This document shows positions 47,569 to 62,500 of a stretch of DNA of 64,000 nt, piece after piece. The notes beneath the pieces were generated by a model. The model worked only from the letters and a program-made list of their open reading frames with translations. It was not told the DNA's origin and ran no database searches. This DNA comes from Cycas panzhihuaensis (Eukaryota > Plantae > Cycadophyta). The first letter of the stretch is position 1. Each line of letters begins with the position of its first letter. Position numbers and translations under genes: made by a program. The DNA is taken from the NCBI GenBank assembly GCA_023213395.1, contig CM041465.1, forward strand, positions 130,951,741 through 131,015,740, in the 5' to 3' direction.

Positions 47569-50500
47569 TTTTTTTTTCATTTTTTAACTAGTAAAATTTC
47601 CGTAAAGTGGGGTTAACCTTTCGGCATGAGATGCCATGGGAAACGGGTATGTATTCTGCCAAAATCACCCGAGACTTGCACCTAGCCTTGCCCATCTTAG
47701 AGGCAACAACAAAGACAATCCTCAAGCCTTTGAATCCTTAAGCCATAAAGAAGGCGATAATAATTTTGAAAACAATCAGCTTGTAATATCGTCAACGCTG
47801 GGGATTGGCCATATATGACGGGTATTTGTAGGGGGGTAGCAAAAAGTCTGCATCAACTTTAAGGGACTTTGTAATCATCAGAGAATGTGAATGATAGAAA
47901 TCCTCTATCCTTGTGCCCATCATTTGAAAATCATAATTTTGTATTGGGCTAAAGAAGCTCCCAAGTTGGCAAGTTCATTGGCTTTGGAATTTAAATCTTC
48001 GAGCAATGTGTTGAACATCAATATTGGAGAAGCACTAGAAGAGAACTAACAGATCTTGGTGTAAAGAGTTAATCTTGATACCTTTTAGACTTTTATTGCA
48101 CTTGATAGCATTAATCATTAACAAAGAATCCTCAAAATTTTGCAACTACTTAGTCTGAATTTTGATAACTTAGAATCAATCTCTAATGATGCCCATATAT
48201 TTGGCCTTGTTGTCTGTCGTAACTTCCAATCCTTCAGCAAATTCTATAATAGTGTTCCCTTGATGGTCCCTCAATGAACCCTTTGCTCCAACTGTGTTCG
48301 GGTTGCCTTTGGACGTGCCATCAGAAAATGATTGATAGTATCCTTTTGAGAACTCAGCATGGTCTTTAGAGTTGTCCTTCTCAGAATAGTTGTTTATGCA
48401 GTTCAAAGAAAGGGCACCAGGATTCTACCTTTCTTTACTAGACTCCGACCCAGTACTTCTCCAGCTACTATCTATGCACTATGTCCACAATCATAGATGG
48501 CACTATGATGAATCAACCACTTTGAAATTCTAATTAAAAGGGCTAAGGGCACTCTAATTGGATTTCTACTTTGTAATTAAAGAATGCTATAACAACGCAA
48601 AAGGAAAAAGGATCACATTTTAAGAGAGTCTCAATATTCTGAGAGTGTGTTAGCAGTTTCATCTGAGATTTAATGTGCATCCAACAGGTTGTGGCCAACG
48701 AGGGGTTTATCATGGAATATAGATTCATTCCTAGTAAGTTAGATATTCCAATGGACAAAATGAGGAAATACATTTCAAATCTTTCTCAATAATGGTTTGC
48801 CTTGGTGCAAATAAGGGTACACATCGACCCAACTAAAAGAAATGTTTACTAGCTCAGGAATGTCTGCATCCAAAGGAGGGTTGACTTGCAACAATGTCCA
48901 GACATGACTCCATACAACCTTGGAAAAATGGCAATTCGTGAAATTATGATGGACGCTCTCACTGCTTTGCATACATAGTATGCAAATTGAAAGACCTGCA
49001 ATCCCTCTCTTCTGCAAATTCTCAGTAGTAAGAATCATCTTATGCATAACTAACTAGATGAAGTGATCGATCTTCAGAATTGACTGATTCCCCCATAGTC
49101 TTGACCATAGAAGTGGTGGCTTAGAATTCTGTGGAAGAAATCAGAGTGTAGAAATCTGTAAGCAACCTTAATAGAATATGATCCGGACCCTGAGAAAGGG
49201 CCCCACGTGAGCTTACCTTGCCCATATGAATCCTAACTTTGCAATTATGAAGCTGCTGTTGAAATAATTTGTATTCTTTGTGCAGATAAGTAGGAAGACA
49301 GTGCTAGTCATTCGGTCTCTTGGGGGCTATAGGAGCCTATCCATACAATCAGATTTATAGAATTTGCAGACTTTCATAATTCCTCTGTTCAAAATTCAAG
49401 TGCACAAATTGTTGACAGCATCACAACATGATAGTCGTCATTTACTTTGAATGGGATCTTGCCAAACATTTACCCTTTCCCCATTCACTACTTGCCAAGA
49501 GATTCTAGTGTTAAATGAGTCGATGTTGCCACAAATTAATTTCCATATCAAAGACAACTCTACAAATTTTAGGTGGGCTTGCAATAGCTTTTAACTTCCA
49601 CTCTATGTATTTACCAGAAATTATCCTAGCAAACCCCAGTTCAACGTCAGATATCATATCCCAAACAGTCTTTGGCCCAAATAGTTGGGGAGTGCACGAT
49701 AAAGGCCTCATCCCAAGCCCACCAACGACCTTTTGACTTGCAGATTTGCTCCCATTTTATCAGATAGGATTTTTTGCGTCCTAGATCTCAAGTGCCTCTC
49801 CATAAAAAAGGTTTGAATGATCTTTTCAAACCTTTCTATCACCCATTGGAAGGAGGTAGATCGAATGGATGCTAGAACTGTATTCATTAGGACAACATGC
49901 CCTGCAAAAGATAACCATCTGAAAGACCACGAATGGATTTTATGAGCAATTCGTTCCAATATTAGTTGCCCTTGAACAGTATCCTGTCTATAGAGTTTGA
50001 TTGGGACACTGAGATACATGATGAAATTATCTGTCACTTAAACTGAAAGCCAAAAACTTGATTTAATTTTCTAGACAGGGTTGTGGGACAATTCAAAGTT
50101 ATGAATTTAGATTTATTGGGGGTAATCAAAGCTCCAGTTGCCAAACAAAACTGACAATGATGGCTTTGACTCCTAGCTTCACAAATGTAAGCAAAAGCAA
50201 ATATCAGGACAGCATCGATGAATTGTGTGTGAGTGATGTTCTTTAGAGGAAGAAGTGACAAGTGCTCTACATAACTCTTTCCAGTCGCATAGCTCTAGTC
50301 AGTGATCTGCTCAAAGCTTCAACAATAATAACATATAGGGTAGGGGAAAGTGAACAACCTTGCCTGATGCCTTTAGAAGCTTTAAAGAACTCAATAGGAG
50401 AGCCATTAACCAGGACAACATATGATGGTGTGTTCACACACCCTTCAACCCAACGAATTCACTTATCATTAAATTCAATAAGACTCGAGACAGAAATCCC

Positions 50501-53500
50501 CAATGTAGCTAGTCAAAAACATCGCAAAGTCCAACTTGATCAACATTAATTTTCTCTTGAAACTCGCCTTGAGTGAATTACTTCCTGAGCAACAATGAAC
50601 TGGTCATGAATTTTCCTGCCCTTGACAACGCCACCTTGTTTACTTGAAATGATTTTGGGTAGAATATCGTGAAGTCTAATAGCCATGATTTTGGAAATGA
50701 TCTTGTACGAATAGTTGCATAGGATATAGGTCTAAACCTCTCGAGATTGGAAGTGTGGCTCTCGTTTGGAACTAGGACAATGAAGGTGGAGTTCAAGGCC
50801 TTAAGCATCTTACCTGAAATTATGGATTCCTCCACCATTTGAAGGAGATCCTTCTTGATGATTTCCCAAGCAACTTGCTAGAAGTTTACTTGGAAACCAT
50901 CCGGCTAGGAGATTTGTCCAATCAAGAATTGAAGATTGCATGATGCAATTCTTCCAAAGAAACTAGCTTGGTTAAGCTCTCATTCATATCTAATGTTACC
51001 AACCTAGGGATGTCATTTAGGATCACATTTTGGTTCTTCTTCCTATTAAGTTATTTTTCCACTAGGAGATATGCAAAATGTTCTTTGCTAGATCCTGGAT
51101 CTCCTCTTCAGAACAAGAAATAGAACCAGTGAAGGTCATTAGTTCAACAATTTTGTTCTCAATTTGTCAAGCTTTTAGGGTCTCATGGAAGAAGCACAAA
51201 TTAGTGTCTCCTGCTGTTGCTTGGAGCTTCTGAGGCCTAGGTCTAACAACAACATCACCATTCTCCCTCTCCCAGGACTCCAACCTGCAATAAAGAAGAT
51301 TCCTCCTATCTTATGGTGGGAGAAGTGGGAGAATCTTCCTCTAAATTCAATTTATTGCTCAAAGCTATTAATCTTTGGTTCAGCAAGTGCCACTTCTGTT
51401 TAGCTTCGTTCATGATGGCTTGTTGCCATTCTTTAATCTTGCTTTTGATGAATTTCATCTTGGAATGGGAAACAAATATCTTAGGGCTTGAAAATCAGAC
51501 CTCTTCCACCCACTTCTTGACTAGAGGTAAAAATTCCTTGTGCTCATTTAGTGTTAGATTAAACTTAAATGGAGAATTTCTACAAATGTGTAAGATGTTT
51601 TAGAAGAATAGGGCATGGTTTGATCTACTCCTCGATTGAATATATGTTCCCATGTCAACAGAATCAACAATTGACTTTGACACTCAAAATCTATCAAGCC
51701 TTTCAAGGATCAGAGATTGACCATACCTTTATTGGACCAAGTAAACACGGCATTGATTGTCTCTATATCCACTAAATTGTTCTCTTCCATGATGTTCGAT
51801 AGTAAAACATTATTAGGGTTCAGAGAAAATTGGCCACCACGGTTTTCTTTAGGTGCAAAATGAGGTTAAAATCACCCAATGCTCTAGTTTTGAAGATGAC
51901 CACCACACCCATCTTGAGCTAGTTCATTCCAACATGTTTTGGCCCAATGGGGATAATTCGTTCATAGGCATTTGCCGCATTAAATTTGTTATTAGAACCA
52001 ACATCCTGGAATTTGCATCTGATCCAATTGTTGCTTTTAACCAAGTCTGCTATTTCAAGTTATTCCATATCGAGCAAGATGTCCTGAATGACCCTAGCTC
52101 TAACACTTTCGATGGAATAATTTCTGCCATTCCAAGAATTGTTCTAATCTGCAAAGTTTGATTTAGACAATTTGGTCTCTTGTAAAAGAAGGATATCAGG
52201 AGACTATTCCCTGATCCTTTCTTTTAGGGTTTGTTTTGTCGAGGATGAGCCCAAACCTCTTGGATTCTAAGAAATAATAGTCATCTCTTATCCTAATGGG
52301 AAGGAGTTTTCCTGGCCTAGGAATTGCCTTCTCTAATGTTCTAAGGTTCAACTAGCTGATTATCCACAAGAAGTTTGTCACTTATGACGTGTAACTAAGG
52401 TTGGATGCTGCTATCAGCGCCTTCAGTTGTTTCTCTGGCACCAGTTTCTTTGTGGGTTGGTCTACCTTGCTTCTTCTTAGGCTCAACACAATCCAAGCCA
52501 GTGTCATAAACAGGCATTGACTCAACACCTTTCCATGGCTTAGCCTCATTAACTAGCATGGACTCCGATGCCTTTCCATGGCCTAGCTAGTATGGCTACA
52601 ATGTTCTCTCCATCTTTCGTGGCTGCACCAAATGTGTTAAAGTCTGGATTTTGCATTTCTAGTACTAGCTTAGCGTCTTGGGACTTATTCATTAGTTTCA
52701 TTAGAGTCACACTTGAGAAAGAAGAGTGTGTAGAACCCACTTGGTTATCTCCACTTGGACCATTAGCCTCTTCCTCAAGGCTGCCTACATTCATGCAGTT
52801 TCAACTTGTGGGTTTCCTTGCTAGCATATTCATTCAAGCTTGGTAGTGCTTGAATTTTTTAAAATGTAACTTGAGTCTATTTTGGCTCACGAACATTCTC
52901 CTCACCTATTCTAGATCATAGTTTCCTTTGGACAAGAGTGAAACCATTGTCTTTTCCTTGATTTAAAGAAGCTTTCAGGTTTGGATGTGTTGGGGGTTTA
53001 GTCACAGCTGTATTCTTAGGGAAGTTGCGCATGGAATGCCCATATTGATTGATGACAAAAATTACATTTAAACAGGGCTTGCTTATAGTCAATGTCCTGA
53101 GGCCAAGAGCGGTCACCCAAGACAAGTTCAATCTAATCAGGAAGGCCATCAGAACTTCAACGCAAATACGAGCAAAGAAAGTGATTTTGTGTTGAATCAT
53201 AGCTTCTGAAATCTTCAAAATTGACCTATAGAAGAGCCAACTGCTTCAAAGCATTTATCACTCCACAAATGTAGGGGGGAGAACGATAGCTTGACCTAGA
53301 CCGGGATTGTGTTAGGGATCTCCTGCCTGGGCCAAAGAAGGATTCCAATACTTCATGTATGAACCACTACGGGCCATAAACCATGACAAAGATGATACCC
53401 CTATCATGTACGCCATTAAAAACGATCAAGAAGAAGCCACGACCCACACTACGAATCGCTGGAGCTGGGGAGATGTCGGGCAACCAGTTAGCATGGATCA

Positions 53501-53954
53501 GGAATAGAAGCCTAAGAAGACGGCTATAGATTAAAATGTGTACAGAACCGTGAGAGACGCGAAATCAGTAAAAAGATGGCTTGGGTCGAGGACAAGACAA
53601 AGAGTACAAGTAATGCGCCTCTAGATTGGGGCCACTCCCTCCCCATAGGAGGTTATGCCAGCCACAATCATTTGCAGCTGGCTGGTAGCAGGGCTTTGTT
53701 GATCTAACCATGCATAACCTTTATTTCTCCTCTCAAATTGGTCCCGCACCGTAGGCGCCTTTTCCACGGTAGGTTCCACCTTAGATCTGACCACAGAAAC
53801 CACTAATCAAAAACCTGACTTCGACCCGTTATTACCAGGGTCGTAATATGCTGCCCTTTGAAATCTAGTTTGAATCCACTGCTTCTCCGCGTTGCAGTGC
53901 TCAATCAAAAATTTGGGAGGACGTCAGTGCCCGTCTCTTCCCCGTTTTTCTTTA
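47569..53954 (-). mobile_element. Near full-length degenerate L1-clade LINE (ORF1, EN, RT, zf-RVT, RNase H)
   Basis: ORF1 FARICVEV plus zinc finger; RT LNSTFIVLVP...RPIS, RQGCSLSP, TQFIDA; zf-RVT CILCMQSSESVHH; RNase H DGTSKGNP...LRDHQG. Poly(T) tract at 47569. TSD TTTGTYTCAGAA at 47557-47568 and 53955-53966. Confidence 0.9.
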
Positions 53955-56020
53955 TTTGTTTCAGAAATCAAGGGATACTATTTTATGCAATTAGTCGATA
54001 GATTTGTGAAGAATGTAGCAGAATATGCTTGTGCTGCGAATTAGCAATAACCCTCTGTATAGGTGGCTACATCGAGGAATGCTTGAAATTCAGACACAAC
54101 CCATTCTGTGAAGCACATGGCATTTTTTAAGTCAACGGAAACACACACAGTTATTGACACAAAAATGCAAAATCTCTGTAGAGATGGTATTGCAGATCAG
54201 CAAGATGTAGTTGTGGAAGCCACCCTGAGATGCACATGTGAACTAAATTTCATTCGTAAGTAGCAGAGCTACCAACTAAAACTTTGTGGATTAAAGCTAT
54301 GGTCTTCTAATTATTGTAGGGTCCAGGTGTAACCCATCCATTATCATTGCAGTTATAAGTTGCCACTAGAGGCTACACCATGAGCAAATTTGTGGAGAAA
54401 GATGGATACTAAAATCGCAACCACACAGAGATCGCCTATGTCATGTGTTCGCCAAATTGATGAGAGTGTTGTAATGCTCTTGTTTGTTGTTTTCTTTCAC
54501 ATGATGCCGAATTTATTTGACGCGTGTTGAATGATTACAGTGAAGAGTTGATTGTTGCAGGAGATCTGCTTGGACATCCGACCTCTGCAATTGTACTCTT
54601 CTAAAGATTGCAAAACCATAAAATAACAACAAATGACAATGAACTTTTAAATTAGGTGTATCTTTTTGCCATATTTGGGCAAATTTAATTGGTTTGCATA
54701 AAGTTTTCATTTCCATTGTCTAGCGCTTGGTGTAATCATCCCAAGTCATATGGAGTCCCCATGCAACTAAGGCCAACACTAAAAGGGAGTTTAGCCCCTT
54801 TTTTTTTTCTTAATTTTTATGACATATTGATAGTATTTTGTCATAACTTTTGTTGGAGTGGAATTTGATTCCGTCTTAACTATTGAAATTTTGGTTTAGA
54901 GATCTTTGAAATGAATTATTATGAATATTTTTGACAAATAATTGTAAGAGAAATATCTGTGCAAAGTTATAGGAAAGAATTTGGGAAATTAACAAGAAAT
55001 GCAAATTGAGCCATTATTGATAGTTAAACGATGAAAATATGAAAATCTGTTTAAAATCTTTTGATCCATATGAAGGGATGGATGTGAAAGAATGGATGAT
55101 GATGATAGACACGACTTTGATAGTTACCTTGTCTTAAGTGGCTAAGCAACTAATTGGTTCTATTAGTGGCATTGGGACTACAAGTATACCATACATTTCA
55201 ATTTGTCATTCTCTAAAGAGTGATGCATGAGAACTTTCAAGATAAGCGGAATCAAGGATTCCCATACCGATTATAACAATGGGTCTAACAACATGTGAAT
55301 AAGCAAAAATTTTTTAGCAAAAGTCCAAGAATTGAAGTAGGCGGGACAAACTAATTTTTAATAAGATTTTGAGATATTTCAACCTTCTACCCAAGTAGAA
55401 ACTATGACACCTATAGAATAGCTTCCAGCTTATTGATGCCATCTTGTGAACTAAGACCAAACATAATAATTGAGAGTTTACAAAACCATGCATTAAATTA
55501 CAATTTAACTAAAGGGAAAACTTATAATTGGTATATTAATTGGTCTACAATATTGAAAATTTTGAATGAATAGCTATGGTTTTAAATTTGTATTTAATAA
55601 GTGGAATCAAGATAGATAAATTAGAGTCTCCAATGGAAGAGCAACAACAAAATGAAGATGTAAAAGATTGTGAGCAAAGAAGAGCCCACACTTGCAAGCA
55701 GAAAAGATGAAGTCATAGAGAAATTAGCAGCGCAATATGATCCAGTATCTCACGGAAGATGAAGATCAACATATGTAGGAGAAGCATGAACCTTTTCAAG
55801 AATCAATTAAAGGAGGATTTAGTGAAGATGAAAAGAATTTGAGTAATGGTACAAAAACATCTTAGCAACCTGAGGAAGAAGCAACCAAAGCGGAGCCAAA
55901 CATGGTACTCAACATGATTCCTAATTGTGTGTTTGCACTTTCCCATTTCTTTTTAGCTTAATTCATTGTTAAATCAATTTCCTCAGTTCCATTGCTTTAG
56001 GAAGGCCTTCCTCCCATATC

Positions 56021-56520
56021 NNNNNNNNNNNNNNNNNNNNNNNNNNNNNNNNNNNNNNNNNNNNNNNNNNNNNNNNNNNNNNNNNNNNNNNNNNNNNNNN
56101 NNNNNNNNNNNNNNNNNNNNNNNNNNNNNNNNNNNNNNNNNNNNNNNNNNNNNNNNNNNNNNNNNNNNNNNNNNNNNNNNNNNNNNNNNNNNNNNNNNNN
56201 NNNNNNNNNNNNNNNNNNNNNNNNNNNNNNNNNNNNNNNNNNNNNNNNNNNNNNNNNNNNNNNNNNNNNNNNNNNNNNNNNNNNNNNNNNNNNNNNNNNN
56301 NNNNNNNNNNNNNNNNNNNNNNNNNNNNNNNNNNNNNNNNNNNNNNNNNNNNNNNNNNNNNNNNNNNNNNNNNNNNNNNNNNNNNNNNNNNNNNNNNNNN
56401 NNNNNNNNNNNNNNNNNNNNNNNNNNNNNNNNNNNNNNNNNNNNNNNNNNNNNNNNNNNNNNNNNNNNNNNNNNNNNNNNNNNNNNNNNNNNNNNNNNNN
56501 NNNNNNNNNNNNNNNNNNNN
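56021..56520. other. Scaffold gap (500 N)
   Basis: Run of N. Confidence 1.
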
Positions 56521-59500
56521 GGGAAATCCATCAAATGGATGTAAAAGGCGCATTCACGAATGGTGATCTCAAAGAAGAGATCTACATGTCTCGACCACTG
56601 GCTTTTGAGAATCTAATCTAGTGTGTAAACTAAAGAAATCCATTTATATGGATTAAAACAAGCTCCTCGAGCTTGGTATACTAAAGTTGACGATTATTTA
56701 ATTCAAATTGGATACACTAGATGTATTAGTGATTTAAATCTATATTTCAAACATGAAAACGAAAATATTACTATTTTAATCTTGTATGTTGATGATATCA
56801 TAATTCTTTGGATCATCAATTAATAACATTCATCATTTAAAATCTATTTTAATGAATAAATTAAAATAGTGATCTGGGTATCCTACATTATTTTCTTGGA
56901 TTACAAATCTATCAATATGATTCAAGAATCACATGACTTAAATATATTTTAGACTTAATTCAGCGGTTTAACATGGAAAATGCTAAATCCGTCTCTAATC
57001 GTTATAATCGAGGTTAAATTATATACTAATTGTTCTTCACCTTTATGTGACCTTACATTATATAGACAACTAATTGGTAGTCTTATTTATTTAACTCATA
57101 CACATTCTGATATTTTCTATGTTGTCGCTTTATGTTCCGTTATATCTTGACCATGAATCTCATTGGAAAAGCTGCTAAGCGTATCGTGCGATATCTTAAG
57201 CATCTTTGTTTTTATGGTTTAACTTATAATTTTTGCAATGAACCTCTAACTTTAGCTGGATATCCGATTGAGGATTAGGCGGTGATATAAATGATCGAAA
57301 ATTTATTGAGGTTATGTATTTTATAGATTCCTCACCTATTACTTAGTGCAGTAAGAAAATGGGGCACTAGCTTTATCAACAATCTGGCCCAGATATTGCG
57401 CACTTGTTGAAGCCAACAAAGAAGCACTTTAGCTCAAATCTCTACTAAATACAATTGATCTACAGTTCTCGACATACCACAAAGTCTTTATAAAGTAAAG
57501 TTTCTAAATCTACGAGATCTGTTAAAGATAAAAGAAGTCTCCGTCAGGGGATCAACATGATGAAGAGCCTTCTTTTTCTATAACATAAAGTTAACATTAA
57601 AGGGGATGTTAAAGTATTAATGTCACTTTTATGTTATTCTTAAGTTATTATTTAAGTCACATGTGTAATTTCGATTTAAGTGATTCTAAAGTTAAATGTT
57701 TAGATGTTAAGTTTAATATTATGTGAAAGGTCGTTGAAATGCGCAACCACACATTTCAGCGAACCTTCTGTTATTATATTTTCTCTAGATTCAAGGAGTT
57801 GGTTCACGGAATCTAGGAGGTTGTCAAACCTATTTCAAGGTGGTTTGCCTTTCATAGGTAGTTTTGATCATGGTATTGTATAGCATTTCTTGTAATAAAA
57901 TTCTAGATTTAGGAGGTGGTTTTCTTCCCCGGAAGGGTTTTCCACTGTCAACCACGTATACATGTGCATTGTCTCTTTCTTTGTGTCTCTTACATTCGCG
58001 TGATGTTATGACTTTGTACATGTGCCTATTCTATCATGTTGCTTTCCTGTTTCTCAGGCTTTTGCGAGAATACATTATGAATATCATTCTTAGGACGAAA
58101 AACACTCCCATGTATTCGATTCGTTTTCTTGCAATGCGCACCATGCTGATGGTTTACTATGTTCGTTTTACAGATGCCCTTGTTGATTACATGGTGGTGG
58201 ACACCATATATTTATTTTCAAGCGCTTGGCTAATTACGAGCGTAAGTTCTCCATCTCTTGATTTTGGTACATATTAGCCGATTTTGCCACTAATCGTTGT
58301 TGTTTCAATGCTTCCACTTCTATTCTTAGTGCCTAGATTTGGATTTGTTCTAGTTTGATAATGTACTACCCATATTGGTGAGAGGGTTGGGCCCATTTGC
58401 CTATACATTGATTAGTCCATTGAGGAGTACCACGGTCTTCATTTGATTCTCAAATTTCAAAGTTAACTTGCATACTTGTTCATAGTTGTTCATCGGATGC
58501 AGCGAACTTTATCTCTCAATGCGGAATTAGTCCTTGCACAAAATATTTCATTGTTAACATTGGGCTAATTCTTTGTTATTGGTTGCATTTACTCATTATT
58601 ATGCACATTCGTCCATCAAAATCATTTCTGATTTTCCGGATCTTGTTTTGTTTCTTCTAGGGCTTGGAAAATGGCCATGGGGTCTCTCAATTTTTGAAAT
58701 CGATCCAGAAATTGATTTTGTAATCTATCCATGATAGATTGATTACAACATATTGGAACCATGCAATTGTTGCTCCTTGCAAGGTGGAAAAAAATTGAGT
58801 TTTTATCTCCTTCGGGTTCGTGACTTTCTTTATCTTTAGCATATTTTTAAATAATGCTAAATGATCTCAATTAGTCGATCAGTCAAATTGCATGCTTGAA
58901 AATGCAAAGTCATTTTGCACAATTATATAAGGTCTCGGTGATCGCGATCCACTTCCTTGGTAGGTTCCTTGCAATGGTGGATTGCCACTTCCTCCACTTG
59001 TTCGTAAAGAGCGACTGATTCGATGATGATCCGCCATCTCCTAAGTTTCCTCCTAGTGGTGTACTTACCTTGCCTGCACTTCCTCCAGAACTCGCCATTG
59101 TAACTTTAAATAATGGATTCAAAATGTGGCTTAAGGGGTTTTGACTTCCACCAAATGATGGTTTCATTCCTATCTATTGTGCTATATAATTCTAGTTCAA
59201 TGTTGTTTCTTTTCTCTTGTATTACTATTTCTTAGTGATTTCTTTATGACTTTGCTTCACCGAGCTTCTACTTCACAGGATCCTCTTCGGTGTGTACCCT
59301 TGGCTACTTTCTATTACGATTATCTTTTCTCCGATAGGCTCTTCCATATTTTAGCCTCTATTTGCTATCTTCTTCTTTAATCAACTTTCGTCACGAACTC
59401 GGTGAGCAAGTGGTCGCCTCTTCACTTACTTCCTTGGCATGATTCACGAATCTCGAATTCTTACTCAACTTGGAGTCTCTCATTCTTCAATGCTCTCGTG

Positions 59501-62500
59501 TTCTTTTCCACCACAGGTGGTATGGAAGAGGTCCTGCTATTTACTCGACTCTATCCATTCCAGGTATTTGAGTTCTTTGGATTTCAATGAGCAGCGGAAC
59601 CAATGTGTGACACACACTTATCCATTCGTCGTCATTGCTCTTAATGAATTATGCAAACACAAGGAACAATCAATATGATGCAAAACATGATATCATTATA
59701 ATAGGGCCTTTGTGCTGGTCCTCTCACAACGGATGTAGACCGAAGAGTACACACGAGAAGATGGACGGCTAAACCGACTTACACCATATGAGAATTATAG
59801 GCCGAAAGGTATCTTGGTTGACTACCTACTACTATGTACAAAAAAAACATACCACTCGTCCTTTTCCTTTTCTTTTAAATACATGATTTCCAACGGTCTT
59901 AACTGTAATAAGTTACAATGGGTACAACGGTTAATTCTCGTGTATACAAAACATAATTTATTTAAAACAATATTCTTTAGTGGGCTACGATTCGCTCATG
60001 ATCTCGGCTTAAATCACGATGCGCTCGCGATCTTGACTCTAACTACGATCTGTTCGTGATCTCAGCCCGGACCACGATCTGCTCGCAGTCTCATTCTAGA
60101 CTACCATTTGCTCACAATCTCGTCCTAGACTATGATTTGCTCGCAATCTCGGCGAACAGTGATGCGCTGCAATCTAGTCCTAGATTACAATCGCTTTCGC
60201 GATCTCAACCCACACCACGATACGCTCGTGATAGAATTCTAAGACACGGATGAATAGAGTGAATGGTTCAATGCTTATTGATCAGGAGATGGAAATTTAT
60301 ACAAGTTAGAGTCGTAACTCCTTTGGAACTAAATGTAACCGCTACATGTCTAGCGACACGTGTCCAAGTGGTGAGTGTCTTAAGTTACATACAAAGCGGG
60401 TCTCTAGATAAAACATTATATCCAACACCCTCTCTTAATGTTTTATCTGATTAATCTATTTGTCTGCGAAATTTGAAATTTGTCTTTGCCGGAGGCTTGG
60501 TCGAATGTCGACCATTTGATGCGAAGTTGGGCAATACAAGATTGATTTCCTTACTTTGAATCTTTTCTCGGATGAAGTGTTGATGCACCTCAATGTGTTT
60601 TGTTACGGCATGCGATCTGGGTTCTTTGCAATCTTGATTGCACTCGATTATCACAATGGAGTATAGTGGCTTCTTGTTGAGGCAGATTTAGATCTTGAAG
60701 AAGTTGCCTCAACCAAGCTATACAGCTTACATGGTGGTGCGGACGGTGACTTGTACTGCATACATGGATGATAGGGCCCACGATGGCTTGTTTCTTCTTG
60801 CTCGAGGAGATAGGAGGCGATCCAAGGAAGAAGCAATGTCATTTGGTGGATTTTCTTTGTTCCTTGTCACACCCAATCTGAGTCACGATGTCAGATTAAG
60901 CGGGTTGTATTCTCCTTTGGATATGTCAACTTTAGTTACTGTTGTTCCTTGAGATACCTTAGTATCTTCTTTCTTGCCAATGTCTTTGTCTTGGCTCATG
61001 CATGTATCTAGATATTAATCCCACGAATAAGCAATATGCAGTGCAGTTCTTTGTCGGATAGATGAGACTCCCAACAAGTTGCATGTACTATGTGACATTG
61101 ATATGAGGTTCTTCTTCATCGGTATCATGTTGCAATTGACTTCCATGGGTGTGCTGCATGGATTGCACTCTTCCATTCTGAACTTTGCTAACAAATCTTT
61201 GATGTATTTGGTCTGACATAAGGTGAATGCAGTGTCCTATTGTTCTACTTGGATCCCTAGGTAATAGTTGAGAAGACCTAGGTCGGTCATTTCAAACTTC
61301 CTCTCCAATTGATGTTTTATGTACTTACAGTTCAACATCATTACACATGAAATATCATGTCATCAACATATACAACGAGTGTGACGACCGTTTGTACCTT
61401 TTACATATAAGCTTGAGTCTGAACTGCACCCGCTGAACCCATTTTCACATAGGTATTCATCAAGTTTGGCATACCAAGCACGAGAAGCTTGCTTTAAACC
61501 ATATAGGGCTTTTTTTAATTTTGCGACCAAGTGTTCGACCACTTAGCGTATCCTTCAGGTTGGGCCATATACACTTCTTCCTTGATCTCTCCATTTAGAA
61601 ATGCACTTTTGACATCTAATTGATACACATTCCAATTTTTTGGTACTAGAGCAATTCTTTATTCTCACGGTCTTGAGTTTCACTCTTGGTGAGAAGGTTT
61701 CATCATAGTCCACCCAATTTGTTTGAGTGTATCCCTTAGCAACTAACCTAGCCTTATATTTTCCACTTTCCCATTTGCTCCTTCCTTTATTTTGTAGATC
61801 CATCTACAATTTACCAGCGATTTATTTGGTGGTAATTCTACTAAATCGGTTTGATTCTTGATGATAGAGTCTAATTAATTCATGGCATTTCTCCAAAGCG
61901 AGTGTTCTTTAGCTTGTATATGATTGCGGTTCGGATGTGTCTGAGCCCTTGGTTTTAGCTTCTTGTCTGTGTGGTAAGATGTCTTCCTTTCTTTCCTCAA
62001 TGGTTTTGAGATACCATTTGGAAGCCTTTTTCTTTTTGTTTCAATGCCTTGGGTTCATGCGGAAATGTTTCCTCATCTTCCGAAGTAGGGTGACTTTCCT
62101 GAGTTTCTTCTGGAAGATCTTCATAGGTAATTTCGGATCGTTCTTTAGGTTCTTCTTCAGGTGGTTCTTGAAGAATGTTCTGAGAATGTCCCTCTATTAC
62201 TTGGATTTGCTTGCTAAGCTCTTCATCACTATCTTCGTTGAACACAACATCACGGCTTGCATAGATCTTGTTTGTCTTGGGATCTATGCACTTGAAAGCT
62301 TTAGGGTTTTTATTGTGTCCAATCATGATACATTCTATGCTTTTGAGTCCGGCTTGGTTCTTCTTTTATGCGGTATGTGTACAAAGGCTTGTTGCCAAAA
62401 ACCTTTAGATGGCTAACATCTGGTTTTCTGTCGAGCTTCTTGGTGTAAGATGTTCTCTTTGCTTTGGTTGGACTCCTATTCAGTAACATGCAATGTTTAT

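Noticed and set aside
55966-56553. ORFs of 183-194 aa spanning the gap
   Set aside because: Artefacts of translating N.
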